NCBI GenBank assembly: GCA_035363095.1
Contig: DAOSEK010000001.1
Span: 17,233 to 81,232, forward strand
DNA: 64,000 nt
Reading direction: 5' to 3'
Source of the DNA: Candidatus Woesearchaeota archaeon
GTDB lineage: Archaea; Nanobdellota; Nanobdellia; Woesearchaeales; UBA119
The notes beneath the pieces are model-generated. The model was not told where the DNA came from, did not search any database, and saw nothing but the letters and a program-made list of their open reading frames with translations. Position numbers and translations under genes: made by a program. Positions 1-12,168 of the stretch are shown one piece after another. Positions within the stretch are counted from its first letter, which is position 1. Each line of letters starts with the position of its first letter.

Positions 1-44
1 TTTGGTTGATAATTAAGTTAGTATTTCTTTTGAGTAAAAATGTT

Positions 45-419
45 TTATTTTTTGGTTAGCTCTTTTTTTTGGGTATAGGTTAAAAGTGATGTTTTCTCCT
101 GAGGATTTGAAAGTTTTAATTTAACTATCCAAGCCTCATAAGGAGATTTATTAATTAGACTTGGTTCCTCAAAAACTTTTTGGTTTATCTCAATTACTTC
201 ACCAGACAATGGACTTTGAAGGTGTCCAGACCATTTTACAGCTTCTAGTGATACATAGACCTCCCCTTTTTTTATGACTTGAGAGATTTTTGGAAGGTTT
301 ATAAATATAAATTCTTTTACCTTGTTTGCGGATTCTTTGGTGATTCCTATTGTTGCAATACCAGAGTCAAGATTTATCCAAGATTCGTTTTCATCAAAGA
401 AAAGTTCTTTTTCATCCAT
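45..419 (-). CDS. gcvH: Glycine cleavage system H protein (lipoyl carrier)
   Basis: The 124 aa ORF carries the lipoyl-lysine motif LEAVKWSGHLQSPLSGEVIEINQKV...PYEAWIVKLKL, matching the GcvH consensus ESVKAxSDxxxPxSGEVxExN...PY..GW. The N-terminal GIT..ESANK...INLP region also fits. Confidence 0.75.
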   Translation of the reverse strand: MDEKELFFDENESWINLDSGIATIGITKESANKVKEFIFINLPKISQVIKKGEVYVSLEAVKWSGHLQSPLSGEVIEINQKVFEEPSLINKSPYEAWIVKLKLSNPQEKTSLLTYTQKKELTKK

Positions 420-1002
420 TTTTACACCTCTTATTTTGTATTTTGATTGGAGTTTTTTTGATTGATTGGGATGTTTGTTGATATTTATTATTTTAAAAAA
501 TGTTTAATTGGTATTTAATATTATCTTTTTGTTTGGTAAGTTATTGTTAAATTTATCAATGTGTTGATGTTTATATGAATTTTTAGGAGATTAAATTTTT
601 TAAGTGTAAATTTCAAGTGTATATTCTAGGAGTCTATTTTTTTTAATTTATTTTGTGATTATTGGATTTTGGTTTGAAAGAACTTATAAATGTTTTTTTC
701 ATTTTATGAAAAACTATGTTGGGTTGTAAATGGGTTTTCAGTGGTTTGTTGATGAATTGGGTGATTGTAACTGTAAACTGTTTCTTAGATTAAAGTTTAA
801 TGGATTAGATGATTTGAGAATCATTTTGAGACTGTTTATATGATAACTTTAATAGAGCTATTTTCAAATGAGTGAATTGTTATTGACCAGAATGATAAAA
901 AGTGAAGAATAAAAAAAATGAAAAAGTTTAGATAAAATAACGCTATTTGTTTTTTATTTTGTTAGATAAATTATTAAGCGTTTAGTGATTTTATCTAAGT
1001 TT

Positions 1003-1620
1003 TTATTCAGCAATTCCTGTGCATCTGTAGTTTATTTCTGCTTCGTTTGTGTTTATGTTAATTACGCAAGCAGGAGAGCAACCTTGCATTTCAATTGCAA
1101 CATCTATCCACCATGTTCCGGTGATAGGATTACACTGTTGAGTTCCCTCTATTATTTGAGCTATTGTTCCTTCATGAATGCATTTTTCAGAGGCTATTTG
1201 TTTTGCTTCATCTAAAGGCATAATATTTCTTGTTTCATCGCTTTGGCAATATTCTCCAAAGAGTTCGTATAATTCTTCGGGAGTATTTTCTTTTTCAGGT
1301 TGTGTTGGCTCATCAGATTCTTCTGGAGTTTCTTCTGGAATTTCTAAATCGGGTGTTTCTGGTTCAATTGTTTCTTCTTTTTCTTCAATCTCAGATTCTT
1401 CGGTTATAGGTTCGTCTGATTCATTATCAATAATTTCAATGGGAGTTTGGGACTCATCTGTGTTTGGAGTTGAATCTAACTCTGAAATAGTGTCCTTGTT
1501 GGCTCCATCGCCATTATTTGCGTCTTGGCTTATACATCCCTGGAATGTAATTAGGGATATGCAAACTAACAGTACTACAAAAAATTTATTCAATGTTTTT
1601 CTCATTTCTAATTCCTCCAT
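1003..1620 (-). CDS. Secreted or lipoprotein-like hypothetical protein
   Basis: An N-terminal signal peptide (LLVCISLITFQGC) is followed by a long acidic E/P/T-rich linker and a C-terminal Cys-containing domain. No catalytic motif was recognised. Confidence 0.5.
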   Translation of the reverse strand: MEELEMRKTLNKFFVVLLVCISLITFQGCISQDANNGDGANKDTISELDSTPNTDESQTPIEIIDNESDEPITEESEIEEKEETIEPETPDLEIPEETPEESDEPTQPEKENTPEELYELFGEYCQSDETRNIMPLDEAKQIASEKCIHEGTIAQIIEGTQQCNPITGTWWIDVAIEMQGCSPACVININTNEAEINYRCTGIAE

Positions 1621-2043
1621 ATTTGTGGTGCAACCTAATGAACACTTATTTGTTTGTATATTACACCTCTTTTTTGGTTATTATTTAACTACCTATTTAT
1701 AAAAATTACTTTTATACTAGATAGATTGTAATTGATTTTAGAAATAAATATTTTAAAAGAGATTGTTTTAAGAAAGAAAGTTATATTTAAGTGATTTTAT
1801 TTTTCTTTATGTTATTATAGAGGGTTTTTTATTAGATGGGTTTTTTAAGGGTATCAATTGAAAAAAATTGTAGTAAGTTGATTTTGTGAGATTCTCACTC
1901 ATTTTGAATGGTCTGATCTTTTGGTCTTAAGTGAGAAGAAAGCTTTTGATTTAAGGATTAAAAATGATATTTCAGACAAAAATTACTTTTACTATTTGCA
2001 AGATGCCCCATGGTATTTATCTTTTAAGGGTTGTTCTTTTATT

Positions 2044-3105
2044 TTAGAATGATTCATTGTAGGTTTTTTTTAATTGAAGGATGAAATCAGCTAAGTCTTG
2101 TTCTTTTATGTGAGCACCACAGGCATGTTCATGACCACCACTATTGCTTCCTTGGAAGTTCTTGAGTGTTTTTTCTAAAATTGATGGAAGTACTGCTATT
2201 GAAGAACGAACACTCATTTTTACAAAACCATTTGTTCTTCTTCCTACGACAATCAGTTTTTGAGGGTATAAATAGAGTAACTCATTTGATAGTTCTTTTG
2301 TGAAACTTGTTTTTGTGCCATCGTAAATGTAGAATAAGAATTTTTCATCATTTGATTTTTTTGTGTTTGATGATAGGTTTTTTGCTTGAGTTAAGTGTTC
2401 TATATATTCTTCGTTTAGTTTTGAGTAATGCCTATGTATTAATTTTCCTTTTGAGGTAGTTTGATGAAGTATTTCGTATGGTGAGTCTATCTTTATTAGA
2501 ACTTTAATTGCTCTGTTGACATCTTGACTTTTACCTTTTAAGACAAATGATATTATTTTTATTAGATTACCAAGTTCTGTTGAGAAAAGTGCTTTTGCAG
2601 GGTCAGTTATGCTTGCGTCCAAAAGATCTGGGTATTTGTCAGAGAATTCTTTTGAGAACTTTGGAAGTGTCCAGTCTCCTACTGAACCTATCATTGCAAT
2701 CCAAAGGTTTTCTTTAAATATTTCATAAGATATTTCGGATACAGATTTTGTTATTGAAGGCTCATTAATTCTTGGGTTTAGATATGTTAGAGTCTCTTTT
2801 GTAATTTTACTTGGCTCATGGTGGTCTATCCAAATGATAGGTACTTGACATTCTTCTATAAACTGTTTTGAAACCATTGGTTTGTCAAGTATGAATACCT
2901 TGTCAGCGTTGTATTCTTCAACTTTTCTTAGGAAAGAGTATTTTAATTCTGGACTACTTTTAACTACCAAACCTTTTCCTTCTTTTTTGAATTTGTAAAA
3001 CTGTAGGAATGATGAGAGACCATCTGGATCATCATCAAAGAAATATATTGGACGTTTTGATTCAATTAATTCTTGTTTTGCTTTTTGTATATCCAATTTG
3101 ACCAA
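2044..3105 (-). CDS. DHH/DHHA1 family phosphoesterase (NrnA or RecJ-like nuclease or nanoRNase)
   Basis: A DHH motif (IIWIDHHEP) lies in the N-terminal half. A DHHA1-type GGH motif (GSNSGGHEHACGAH) lies near the C-terminus. The protein is 353 aa. Confidence 0.7.
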   Translation of the reverse strand: MVKLDIQKAKQELIESKRPIYFFDDDPDGLSSFLQFYKFKKEGKGLVVKSSPELKYSFLRKVEEYNADKVFILDKPMVSKQFIEECQVPIIWIDHHEPSKITKETLTYLNPRINEPSITKSVSEISYEIFKENLWIAMIGSVGDWTLPKFSKEFSDKYPDLLDASITDPAKALFSTELGNLIKIISFVLKGKSQDVNRAIKVLIKIDSPYEILHQTTSKGKLIHRHYSKLNEEYIEHLTQAKNLSSNTKKSNDEKFLFYIYDGTKTSFTKELSNELLYLYPQKLIVVGRRTNGFVKMSVRSSIAVLPSILEKTLKNFQGSNSGGHEHACGAHIKEQDLADFILQLKKTYNESF

Positions 3106-3388
3106 CTCATTATCGGTAAAAGAAGTTAGTTTTTAAAGGTTTTCATATCGGACTCAGAGGGCACTTTTATTCAATTTCAAGTTCAATCAAATATATAAAA
3201 GCAGGTTATATGTCTTTTTGATTGCATTATTCTTATTTATCTGAATTTTTTTATTAAAATTATTCGTGAGTACTACAAGATGTGATAAATTAACCAAAGT
3301 ATGCACATGACGGATTCATTAAATCAAAGTGTTTTATCAAATAAGTAAACTATTTTATGGGATTAATACTGTTTTGTGTTATTAGAAG

Positions 3389-4201
3389 TTACCAGATTTT
3401 ATAGCAGTAAAGCTCTTCGTAAAAAACAGCTTTTTTGTTTATTAATAAAAAATTAATTTTATGTTTAGAAAGTAGAACTAAGAATTTATCTAGTATTATA
3501 CTTGATACAATGATTAGTGCCTTACCATTTGGTTTTAGGTATTCTTTGAATGATTTCAAAAATTTTTCTATTATTTCGGTTCCTATTTTACCACCATTTA
3601 AAGCGATATCATTTAGTGTTAAATCAGATTCATCAGGAAGGTACGGCGGATTAAATATGATATAATCAAATATCTTTTTGGTTTTTCCTTTTCTAAGCCA
3701 CATACGATTCATAAAAATATCAATTGAGAAGTTCTCAAGAAAAGAGAATAGGTTACTTTGGAAGAACCAAAGGTTTCCTTTTGATTCTATTCGTGAGTAG
3801 GATTCTGAGGCTTTGATTGCTAAAGGATTGATATCTAAACCTATCCCAAATTCTATTTGAGGAGATAGGGAACAAAGGACATAACCACTGCCACAGCCCA
3901 TTTCAAGGACTATTCCTTTTACAATGCTTTTGGAAGATTCTTTTAATAGGGTGCTATCTTCTCTTGGAAAATATACTTCACTAAACAACTTGGGTTCTTG
4001 ATTTTTGTTATATTGATTTTTGTTGTTATCTTTATTGACCTTGTTGTTATTAATATATCTCTTAGAACCTTTCAGAGTTGATTTTTTAAAAGATTTTTTT
4101 TGAGAAATTTTTGCGAAAGGACCCCGTATTGAAAGAATTTTTTTGTCTTTTGATTTTTTTTTGTTGGAAGTTTGTTTTTTTCCTTTTTGGGTCAAATCCA
4201 T
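3389..4201 (-). CDS. HemK/Mtq2-like class I SAM methyltransferase (N5-glutamine or N6-adenine type)
   Basis: A SAM-binding motif (VLEMGCGSG) and the NPPY motif (IIFNPPYLPDE) are present. The VYFPREDSTLL segment resembles the Mtq2/HemK N-terminal part. An unusual ~70 aa K/N-rich N-terminal extension precedes it. Confidence 0.6.
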   Translation of the reverse strand: MDLTQKGKKQTSNKKKSKDKKILSIRGPFAKISQKKSFKKSTLKGSKRYINNNKVNKDNNKNQYNKNQEPKLFSEVYFPREDSTLLKESSKSIVKGIVLEMGCGSGYVLCSLSPQIEFGIGLDINPLAIKASESYSRIESKGNLWFFQSNLFSFLENFSIDIFMNRMWLRKGKTKKIFDYIIFNPPYLPDESDLTLNDIALNGGKIGTEIIEKFLKSFKEYLKPNGKALIIVSSIILDKFLVLLSKHKINFLLINKKAVFYEELYCYKIW

Positions 4202-4544
4202 TTTCCCTCGTTTTTTTCTTAAACAAGTAATATTTAGGGGTAATTTAATCCATTTATAAAAATTTCTATAAAAAATATTGAAATTATAATATAAATTTTA
4301 AATTTATAGAGGAGAAAGCGTAGGGATTAAAGATATTTTTGTTTTGGGATTATATTTTTTAATAGGTTTAATAATTATTCCAATAAATTATTCCCATATT
4401 ATAAGGTATAAGGTTTTTCTATAAGGTATAAGGTTTTTCAATGGGATTAGAATTTATTAGGATATCAAAGTATAAATAAAATAAAAAAAAGAAGAAACCA
4501 ATGCATAGGAAGGAAACGTGTTTTTAAGATTAAATCCAGAATAG

Positions 4545-7500
4545 ACTATTGGTGGTCGCATGCTGAATGTCTCGCGTGAGCTTGACACTTACACACCGAC
4601 TCCATCAAACGGGTCTTCTTCCCGTGTCCTAAGTCTCTTTTCTAGGTGGGCTTCGTACTTAGATGCTTTCAGTACTTATCCCTTAAGGCGTAGCTGCCCG
4701 GCGTGCCTTGTCAGACAACCGGTAGACCAGAGGCCTCGGTTCCCCGTTCCTTTCGTACTAGAGGATCCTTCCTATCAGACTATTTCGCACTTCCAGTAGA
4801 TATTAAACCAACTGCCTCACAGCGTTGTGAACCCAGCTAACGATCCCTTTTAATGGGTGAACACCCCCACCCTTGGTCGCTTCTGCACGACCAGGATAGG
4901 AAGAGCCGACAGCGATGTAGCAAGCCTAGCCGTCGATATGAACTCTCGGGCTAGACAACTCTGTTATCCCCGGAGTAACTTTTCGGTCATCTCTATCCCC
5001 CATCAAGGAGATATAGAGGTTCGCTAGACCAGACTTTCGTCTCTGGATCCGTTCATGTTCGGGATCCAGTCAAGCTGGCTTATGCTCTTGCACTCAACTT
5101 CGGATTTCCAACCCGAATGAGCCAACCTTTGGGCTCCACTGATACCTTTTCAGCGGAGGACCACCCCAGTCAAACTGTCTATCAATGGGTGTCTTAGATT
5201 TCTCTAGTTAGTGGGGTAAGCTCTGAAGGGTGGTTTCTCAACTTTTGTCTACACTTGACCTAGCGACCAAGCTTTAGCAACTCCCACCTAGCCTGCACAT
5301 CAAAACTCACTCCACAGCCACAGACTACAGTAAAGTTTCACGGGGTCTTCACGTCCCACTGGAAGACACTGGCCTTTACACCAGTAAAGAGAGTTCAGGG
5401 GATTCTAACCGGGGACAGTGGGGGCCTCGTTACGCCATTCATGCAAGTCGCCATTTAAACGACAAGGTATTACGCTACCTTAAGAGAGTTATAGTTACTC
5501 CCGCCGTTTACCAGCTCTTAGCTCCGTTGAACCGAAGTTTGAAGTACTGGCACTGGGCAGACTTCACCAACTATACAAATCCTTTCGAATTAGCAGTTAG
5601 CTATGTTTTTGTTAAACAGTCGGACCCCCCTAGTCACTGAGCCCTGAAATCGCATTCTTAAGAAAACAATCACAGGGACCCCTTATCCCTAAGTTACGGG
5701 GCCAATTTGCCGAATTCCCTCGATTAGATTATATCCCTCACGCCTTGGGCTACTCACCCAGGGGCACCTGTGTCGGTTCTCGGTATGGTTACTTAGAATC
5801 TATGTAAATTCCCTTTTCACTGTCTCCTGGGCTCAGCCTAACAACCATAAGCTGCTCATCGAACATTTAGTTTTTTTCTCATCGTTACGATACTCGAAAA
5901 ACATGTTGTTCTTGAATCAAGCGACGGCTTGACTAGACCTACCCTGAAGAGTCAGAAATTTACCTTTCGTTACCGCAAATATCTAAGTAGTACAGGAATA
6001 TTAACCTGTTTCCCTTTCCCGGGATTGCCAGTTAGGCATCCGGTTAGGACCAACTAACCCTTGACTGATTTGCATTGTCAAGGAACCCTAGCCCTTTCGG
6101 CGACAGGGACTCTCACCCTGCTTAGATCCTACTACCGCCAAGATTCTCATTTAAACAAGGTCCACACCCTCTTACAAAGATGCTTCTGCCCTTGCAAAAC
6201 GCCAGTCTACAACGAAGCTTTTGGCTTGTCTATGGTATCGGTAACTGATTTAGCCCCGTCCATCTTCAGGGCTTATTGCCTCGAAGGGTAAGCTGTTACG
6301 CACTTTTTAAAGGATGGCTGCTTCTAAGCCAACCTCCTCTTTGTCTTAGGCAATAAACACCTTTCACCCTTTAACACTTAACCAGTATTTAGGGACCTTA
6401 ACCATAGTCTGGGTTGTTCCCCTCTCGCAATACAAGCTTATCCCGTATTGCCTTCTCTTGGAATCTAAGGCTCATGGCACATTCGGAGTTTGACAGAAAA
6501 CCGAGGGATTTCTCCCCCTAAATCCCCTATCAGTATCTCTACAGCGCCTGACACCTCCTCCAAGGCTTGACTACCGCCAATTTCGACTGGAACCAGCTAT
6601 TCCCGCACTCGATTGGCTTTTTACCCCTACACCCAGGTCAGAAGAACGCTTGTACACAGAACCTCTGCAGGCCTCCACGAGGTTTTACCCCCGCTTCACC
6701 TTGCCCAGGCGTAGATCGTGCGGCTTCGGGTCAAACCCTTGTGACTTCGGGCACATTAATACCCAGTCCCTTACTTTATCAGCTGCGGACTTTTCGGTTT
6801 CCCTACGAGTGCTCTGTGAAAACAGATTACTCTCGCCACAAAAGTATACTCCTTGGCACGTTATTCGAAACGGACGACAGAACACATTACGTGCCCTGTC
6901 GAGGTATAACCATCAGGTTTCAGGTTCTTTTAACTCCCTATCAAGGGTTCTTTTCAACGTTCCCTCACGGTACTATTCGCTATCGGTCTTGAAATGTGTT
7001 TAGGGTTGGAGGTTGATGCCCCCCGTCTTAACGCCTAATTTCCAATAGACGCTACTCTTGGACTCACTAGATTCTTGTTCAGTTACTCATACGGGACTTT
7101 CACCCTCTATGGTATCCCTTTTCCAGAAAATTTCTGATTCCCAAATATCAAGAATACGAAAGTGGCCAACACCACATCTCTGATATATTGCTATACCAGA
7201 TTCAGTTTGCCCTTAAACCGTTTTCGGTCGCCCCTAATAACGGCATCCCAATTGGTTTCTTTTCCTGCGGGTACTAAGATGTTTCAATTCCCCGCGTTCC
7301 CCCTTCTTTCGAAGTATCCTTAAAGGATATGAAGTCACATTAGGAAATCTCCGGTTCAATGTTTGCATGCAACTCGCCGGAGCATATCGCAGCTTGCCAC
7401 GTCCTTCTTCAGCATTTCAAGCCTAGTCATCCACCTGATGGCGTAGTAGGATTAATCTCTACGCTTCCTTCCTATGCACGGCCTCATCAACATGACTTAA

Positions 7501-7560
7501 GTGATATTTAAGCCAAAGCCAAATTTGGGTAATTTGGCATCTTAGCCCTTGATCCGGCAT
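4545..7560 (-). rRNA. rrl: 23S (large subunit) ribosomal RNA, boundaries approximate
   Basis: On the reverse complement there is a GC-rich, stop-codon-dense stretch of ~3 kb with conserved LSU segments. The 3' region reads ...GATGGAGTCGGTGTGTAAGTG... (compare E. coli GATAGGCCGGGTGTGTAAGCG). It lies downstream of tRNA-Ala in the archaeal 16S-tRNAAla-23S arrangement. The ORFs the track lists inside it are spurious. Confidence 0.85.
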
Positions 7561-7667
7561 AATAGATATGCCGAACTGCATTTTCAAATAAGCATCATCC
7601 AAAGTAATTCTGGACGATACCATATGATACATTGAAAACATAATTTGTTGAAAACATTAACTTTAAA

Positions 7668-7740
7668 TGGACCCGTCGGGATTCGAACCCGAGGCCTCCG
7701 CCTTGCAAGGGCGGCGCTCTACCAGCTGAGCTACAGGCCC
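7668..7740 (-). tRNA. tRNA-Ala (anticodon TGC) in the 16S-23S spacer
   Basis: The reverse complement reads GGGCCTGTAGCTCAGCTGGTAGAGCGCCGCCCTTGCAAGGCGGAGGCCTCGGGTTCGAATCCCGACGGGTCCA. It has a 7-bp acceptor stem with a G3-U70 pair, anticodon loop CTTGCAA and T-loop TTCGAAT. CCA is not encoded. Confidence 0.9.
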
Positions 7741-7920
7741 GTCTTTGCTTAGCGTATCAGCCTAATTGCTTAGTCCAAATCGCTAGGTAATTTGATTATG
7801 ATTTTTGTAAAATTTCTAAAAATATGAATAAAGGCTGCTTTAAGATTAATTTTATCATATTTTTCATCTAACTGATGATTGTATGAATTTTTTATTTTGC
7901 AAATTTAATTTTGAAAATAA

Positions 7921-9394
<1,474 letters not shown>

Positions 9395-9636
9395 AAGTTT
9401 TTTAGTCGCAAAGCTAATTTATTAGAAATCTTAAAGCAGCCTGATTCATACTTAACGAAAAAAGTTAAGCATACATAGACCCCGAACAAAAATATTTGCT
9501 ATGAAACTTGGTGGCGATAATTGTCGAGTAATTGTAGGGGAATCTTGTCCCATTTATAAACGTTTCGATTGGAAGATGTTTTATTTTAAAAGCTAATTTA
9601 ATGAAATTTTTTAAAATTGGAGTTTAATTTATTAAT

Positions 9637-9896
9637 GAAAAACCTCAGCATAAATGCCTGGGTATCTCGTGAATATTCGAGATTAATCCTTGCATGAATC
9701 AGTCTATTCTTACTTTAGCTTGAAAAATCAATAACCTTACCCTAACAGGCGAGGTATGTTGGTAATATGAAAGCATGCGCTGTATTAAAGCGAGGTTGTT
9801 GATTACAAAAAAGCGTACCAAGCCCTCTTATTGAAACACGAGGTATGCTTTTCTATTGACCAATGTATGCGAATGAACTGGATTTAATGAAATCAG
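9637..9896. repeat. Composite structured intergenic repeat, arranged A1(+)-B(+)-C(+)-A2(+)
   Basis: The first half of module A (gaaaaacctcagcataaatg...gcatgaatcagtctattc) is followed by module B (a ~75-bp element with 12-bp terminal inverted repeats, aaccttaccc...gcgaggttgttgat). Module C follows (acaaaaaagcgtaccaagccctc...acgaggtatgcttttctatt), then the 3' part of module A (caatgtatgcgaatgaactggatttaatgaaat). The same arrangement occurs in reverse at 14944-15207. Confidence 0.8.
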
Positions 9897-9996
9897 AATA
9901 TAGATTTAATTATTTTGAGATTTTTATTTCTCGACTTAAATAATGGATATTTTATTCTAGAAACTTGTTAATCTCATAATTCACAGATAAGTGATA

Positions 9997-10066
9997 AGTT
10001 ATTTCATACTAAGTTATTTCATACTAGGTTATTTCATACTAGGTTATTTCATACTAAGTGATTTCA
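9997..10066. repeat. Tandem direct repeat, 4 x 17 bp (gttatttcatactaRgt), followed by degenerate gatttca-containing copies
   Basis: The array can be read directly between 9998 and 10065. Related half-units (gtgatttcacaaaatgatttcagaataagcgatttcaaat) follow to ~10100. An AT-rich degenerate repeat zone (ttaatgatattt...) lies at 10120-10200. Confidence 0.8.
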
Positions 10067-10315
10067 CAAAATGATTTCAGAATAAGCGATTTCAAATAAT
10101 TCGAACCAATTTATGCTATATATATATTAATGTTATTAATGATATTTGTATTAATGATATTTATGTTAACAATATTTATGTTAATAATTCTTAATAAATA
10201 CGGATTGATTTAGAATGGGAGGGCTTTTTAAATAGGAGATTTGTCTGATTAGTTCTTTTGTTGGGTTGTTTTGATGAGTTGTTTTGATTAATTCCTTGTT
10301 AAATAAATTCTTATG

Positions 10316-12040
10316 TTAGTAGGTTCTTTTGTAATATTTAGTATGGAGTAGGTTATGAGCAATTTCACTTCCAGGCTTTTTTAGATATTCAGAATATAGT
10401 TTTTTTATCTGTGGATTTTCATGGCATTTTCTGATTGGGTTTTTTGAGTCATTTTGATATATTGCTTTTGCTCTGGCTAAAATTATTTCTTCGCTAGAAG
10501 GTATAGGCTGACCTCCACCACCTATACAACCGTGAGGGCAGGCCATTATTTCTACAAAATCAAGCTCGATTTTTTTTGATAAAATCATTTCAATTAGTTC
10601 TTTTGCTTTTGAGAGTGTATTTATGCTTGCAAATCTTAACAATTTTTCGTTAAGGTTTATTTCACCGTATTTTGATTGGGTGAATTGACGTAATTCTTTG
10701 AATTCTATTTTTTCTAAGGGTTTTCCTGTTGCAGATTCGTAAGCTGTCCTTAATGATGCTTCCATTACTCCTCCACTTGAGCCAAAGAGAGTTCCAGCCC
10801 CAGAAGATCTGCCTAATGGATTGTCAAATAGAGAGTCTAAAAGTATTGGAAAGTTTATTCCAGCACCTCTTATCATTCTTCCAAGTTCTCTAGTTGTTAG
10901 AGAATAGTCTACCTGCCCTTTAACTTCAGGTCTTGCGATATCAAATTTTTTTGATAGGCAAGGCATTATTGAAACTAAAACTATATTTTTAGAATCTATC
11001 CCTATTACTTCTGAGAAATAAGTTTTAACGATACTTCCAAGCATTTGATGTGGGCTTTTACAGGTTGAAAGATTTGGTATTAGGAAATGATATGAGTCTT
11101 CAACCATCTTTACCCAAGATGGACAGCAAGATGTAAACATTGGAAGGGGATTGTTTGATTTATTAGATAACCGTTCTAATAATTCGTTTGCCTCTTCGAT
11201 TATTGTTAAATCAGCCCCAAGTTCGGTATCAAATATATAATCAAATCCAAGCATCTTAAGAGCGGTTGGGATTTTTCCAGTCACTATAGTTCCAAAAGGC
11301 ATGCCAAATTCTTCGCCTAATGAAACTCTTATTGATGGTGCAACCTGTGCAATCACTATTTTCTTTTTGTCGTTTATTGCTTTTAATACGTTATCAATAT
11401 CGCTTTTTTCTTCAAGAGCACAAGTTGGGCAGTTTATTACACACTGGCCACAATGGGTACAATTGGTCTGGATTATAGTTTTGTTAAATGCTGGACCAAC
11501 TTCAAAATTTCCGCCTTTGTTTCGATAATCAATACAATCAATATCCTGCAACTGATCACATACCTGAACACAAAGTCCACACTTTATACAACGTGAAGGA
11601 TTTTTGATAAAGGCGGGTGATGAGTCATCTATTTTTGTAAATGAATAAGAAGTTTTTTCGTCAGGAACATTGTAATAAGGGGTGATTGATAGGTTTAGTT
11701 CATTTGCATAGGCTAAAAGTTTGCAATCTATCATCTTATTGCAAAGTAAACAATCAGATTGGTGATCAGATATCAAGAGTGCAAGATTTGTTTTTCTTGC
11801 TTGAATAACTTTTTGGGAGTTAGTGTTAATAACCATTCCTTCTTGGATATATGTAGAGCAGGCGGTTAGGAGATTTTCTCTGCCAACTACCTCTACAACA
11901 CAAAGTCTGCATGCTGCTCTAGGTTCTAATTTTTCATGATAACAAAATGTTGGGATTTCAATTCCCACTTTTTTAGCAGCATCAAGTATTGTAAGTTTTT
12001 CATTAAATTCATAATCCAGTTCATTTATTATTACTCGCAA
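10316..12040 (-). CDS. hydA: [FeFe]-hydrogenase catalytic subunit (H-cluster domain with N-terminal 2Fe-2S and multiple 4Fe-4S ferredoxin domains)
   Basis: The H-cluster motifs are present: L1 (FTSCCPSW), L2 (IMPCLSKKFD) and L3 (EIMACPHGCIGGGGQP). There is an N-terminal plant-type 2Fe-2S Cys pattern (CYHEKLEPRAACRLC). Two CxxCxxCxxxCP motifs are present (CIKCGLCVQVCD and CTHCGQCVINCP). Confidence 0.85.
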   Translation of the reverse strand: MRVIINELDYEFNEKLTILDAAKKVGIEIPTFCYHEKLEPRAACRLCVVEVVGRENLLTACSTYIQEGMVINTNSQKVIQARKTNLALLISDHQSDCLLCNKMIDCKLLAYANELNLSITPYYNVPDEKTSYSFTKIDDSSPAFIKNPSRCIKCGLCVQVCDQLQDIDCIDYRNKGGNFEVGPAFNKTIIQTNCTHCGQCVINCPTCALEEKSDIDNVLKAINDKKKIVIAQVAPSIRVSLGEEFGMPFGTIVTGKIPTALKMLGFDYIFDTELGADLTIIEEANELLERLSNKSNNPLPMFTSCCPSWVKMVEDSYHFLIPNLSTCKSPHQMLGSIVKTYFSEVIGIDSKNIVLVSIMPCLSKKFDIARPEVKGQVDYSLTTRELGRMIRGAGINFPILLDSLFDNPLGRSSGAGTLFGSSGGVMEASLRTAYESATGKPLEKIEFKELRQFTQSKYGEINLNEKLLRFASINTLSKAKELIEMILSKKIELDFVEIMACPHGCIGGGGQPIPSSEEIILARAKAIYQNDSKNPIRKCHENPQIKKLYSEYLKKPGSEIAHNLLHTKYYKRTY

Positions 12041-12168
12041 ATAAACACCTTTTTTTGATTGAATATCTTATTTTTTGAATTTTTATTTCGTTTTTTCTCT
12101 ATTTCTTACTATATTATTTTTTTATATTATTATACTTCATATCGTTATTTTTTATAATATTATTTTTT

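Noticed and set aside
420-1002. A long 580-bp AT-rich intergenic gap, considered as a possible ncRNA or origin region
   Set aside because: No conserved repeats, ORB-like inverted repeats or structured GC-rich segment are visible. This is simple AT-rich spacer typical of this genome.
7561-7667. Possible 5S rRNA or additional tRNA in the spacers around the rRNA operon
   Set aside because: The spacer between tRNA-Ala and the 23S is AT-rich. It lacks the 5S helix signature and any cloverleaf. 5S is presumably unlinked, as is common in archaea.
9395-9640. Candidate archaeal BRE/TATA promoter for the rRNA operon in the AT-rich leader (e.g. reverse complement of aatttattagaaatc)
   Set aside because: Several A/T-rich TATA-like strings are present. 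Without a mapped 5' end none can be singled out, so no promoter feature is called.
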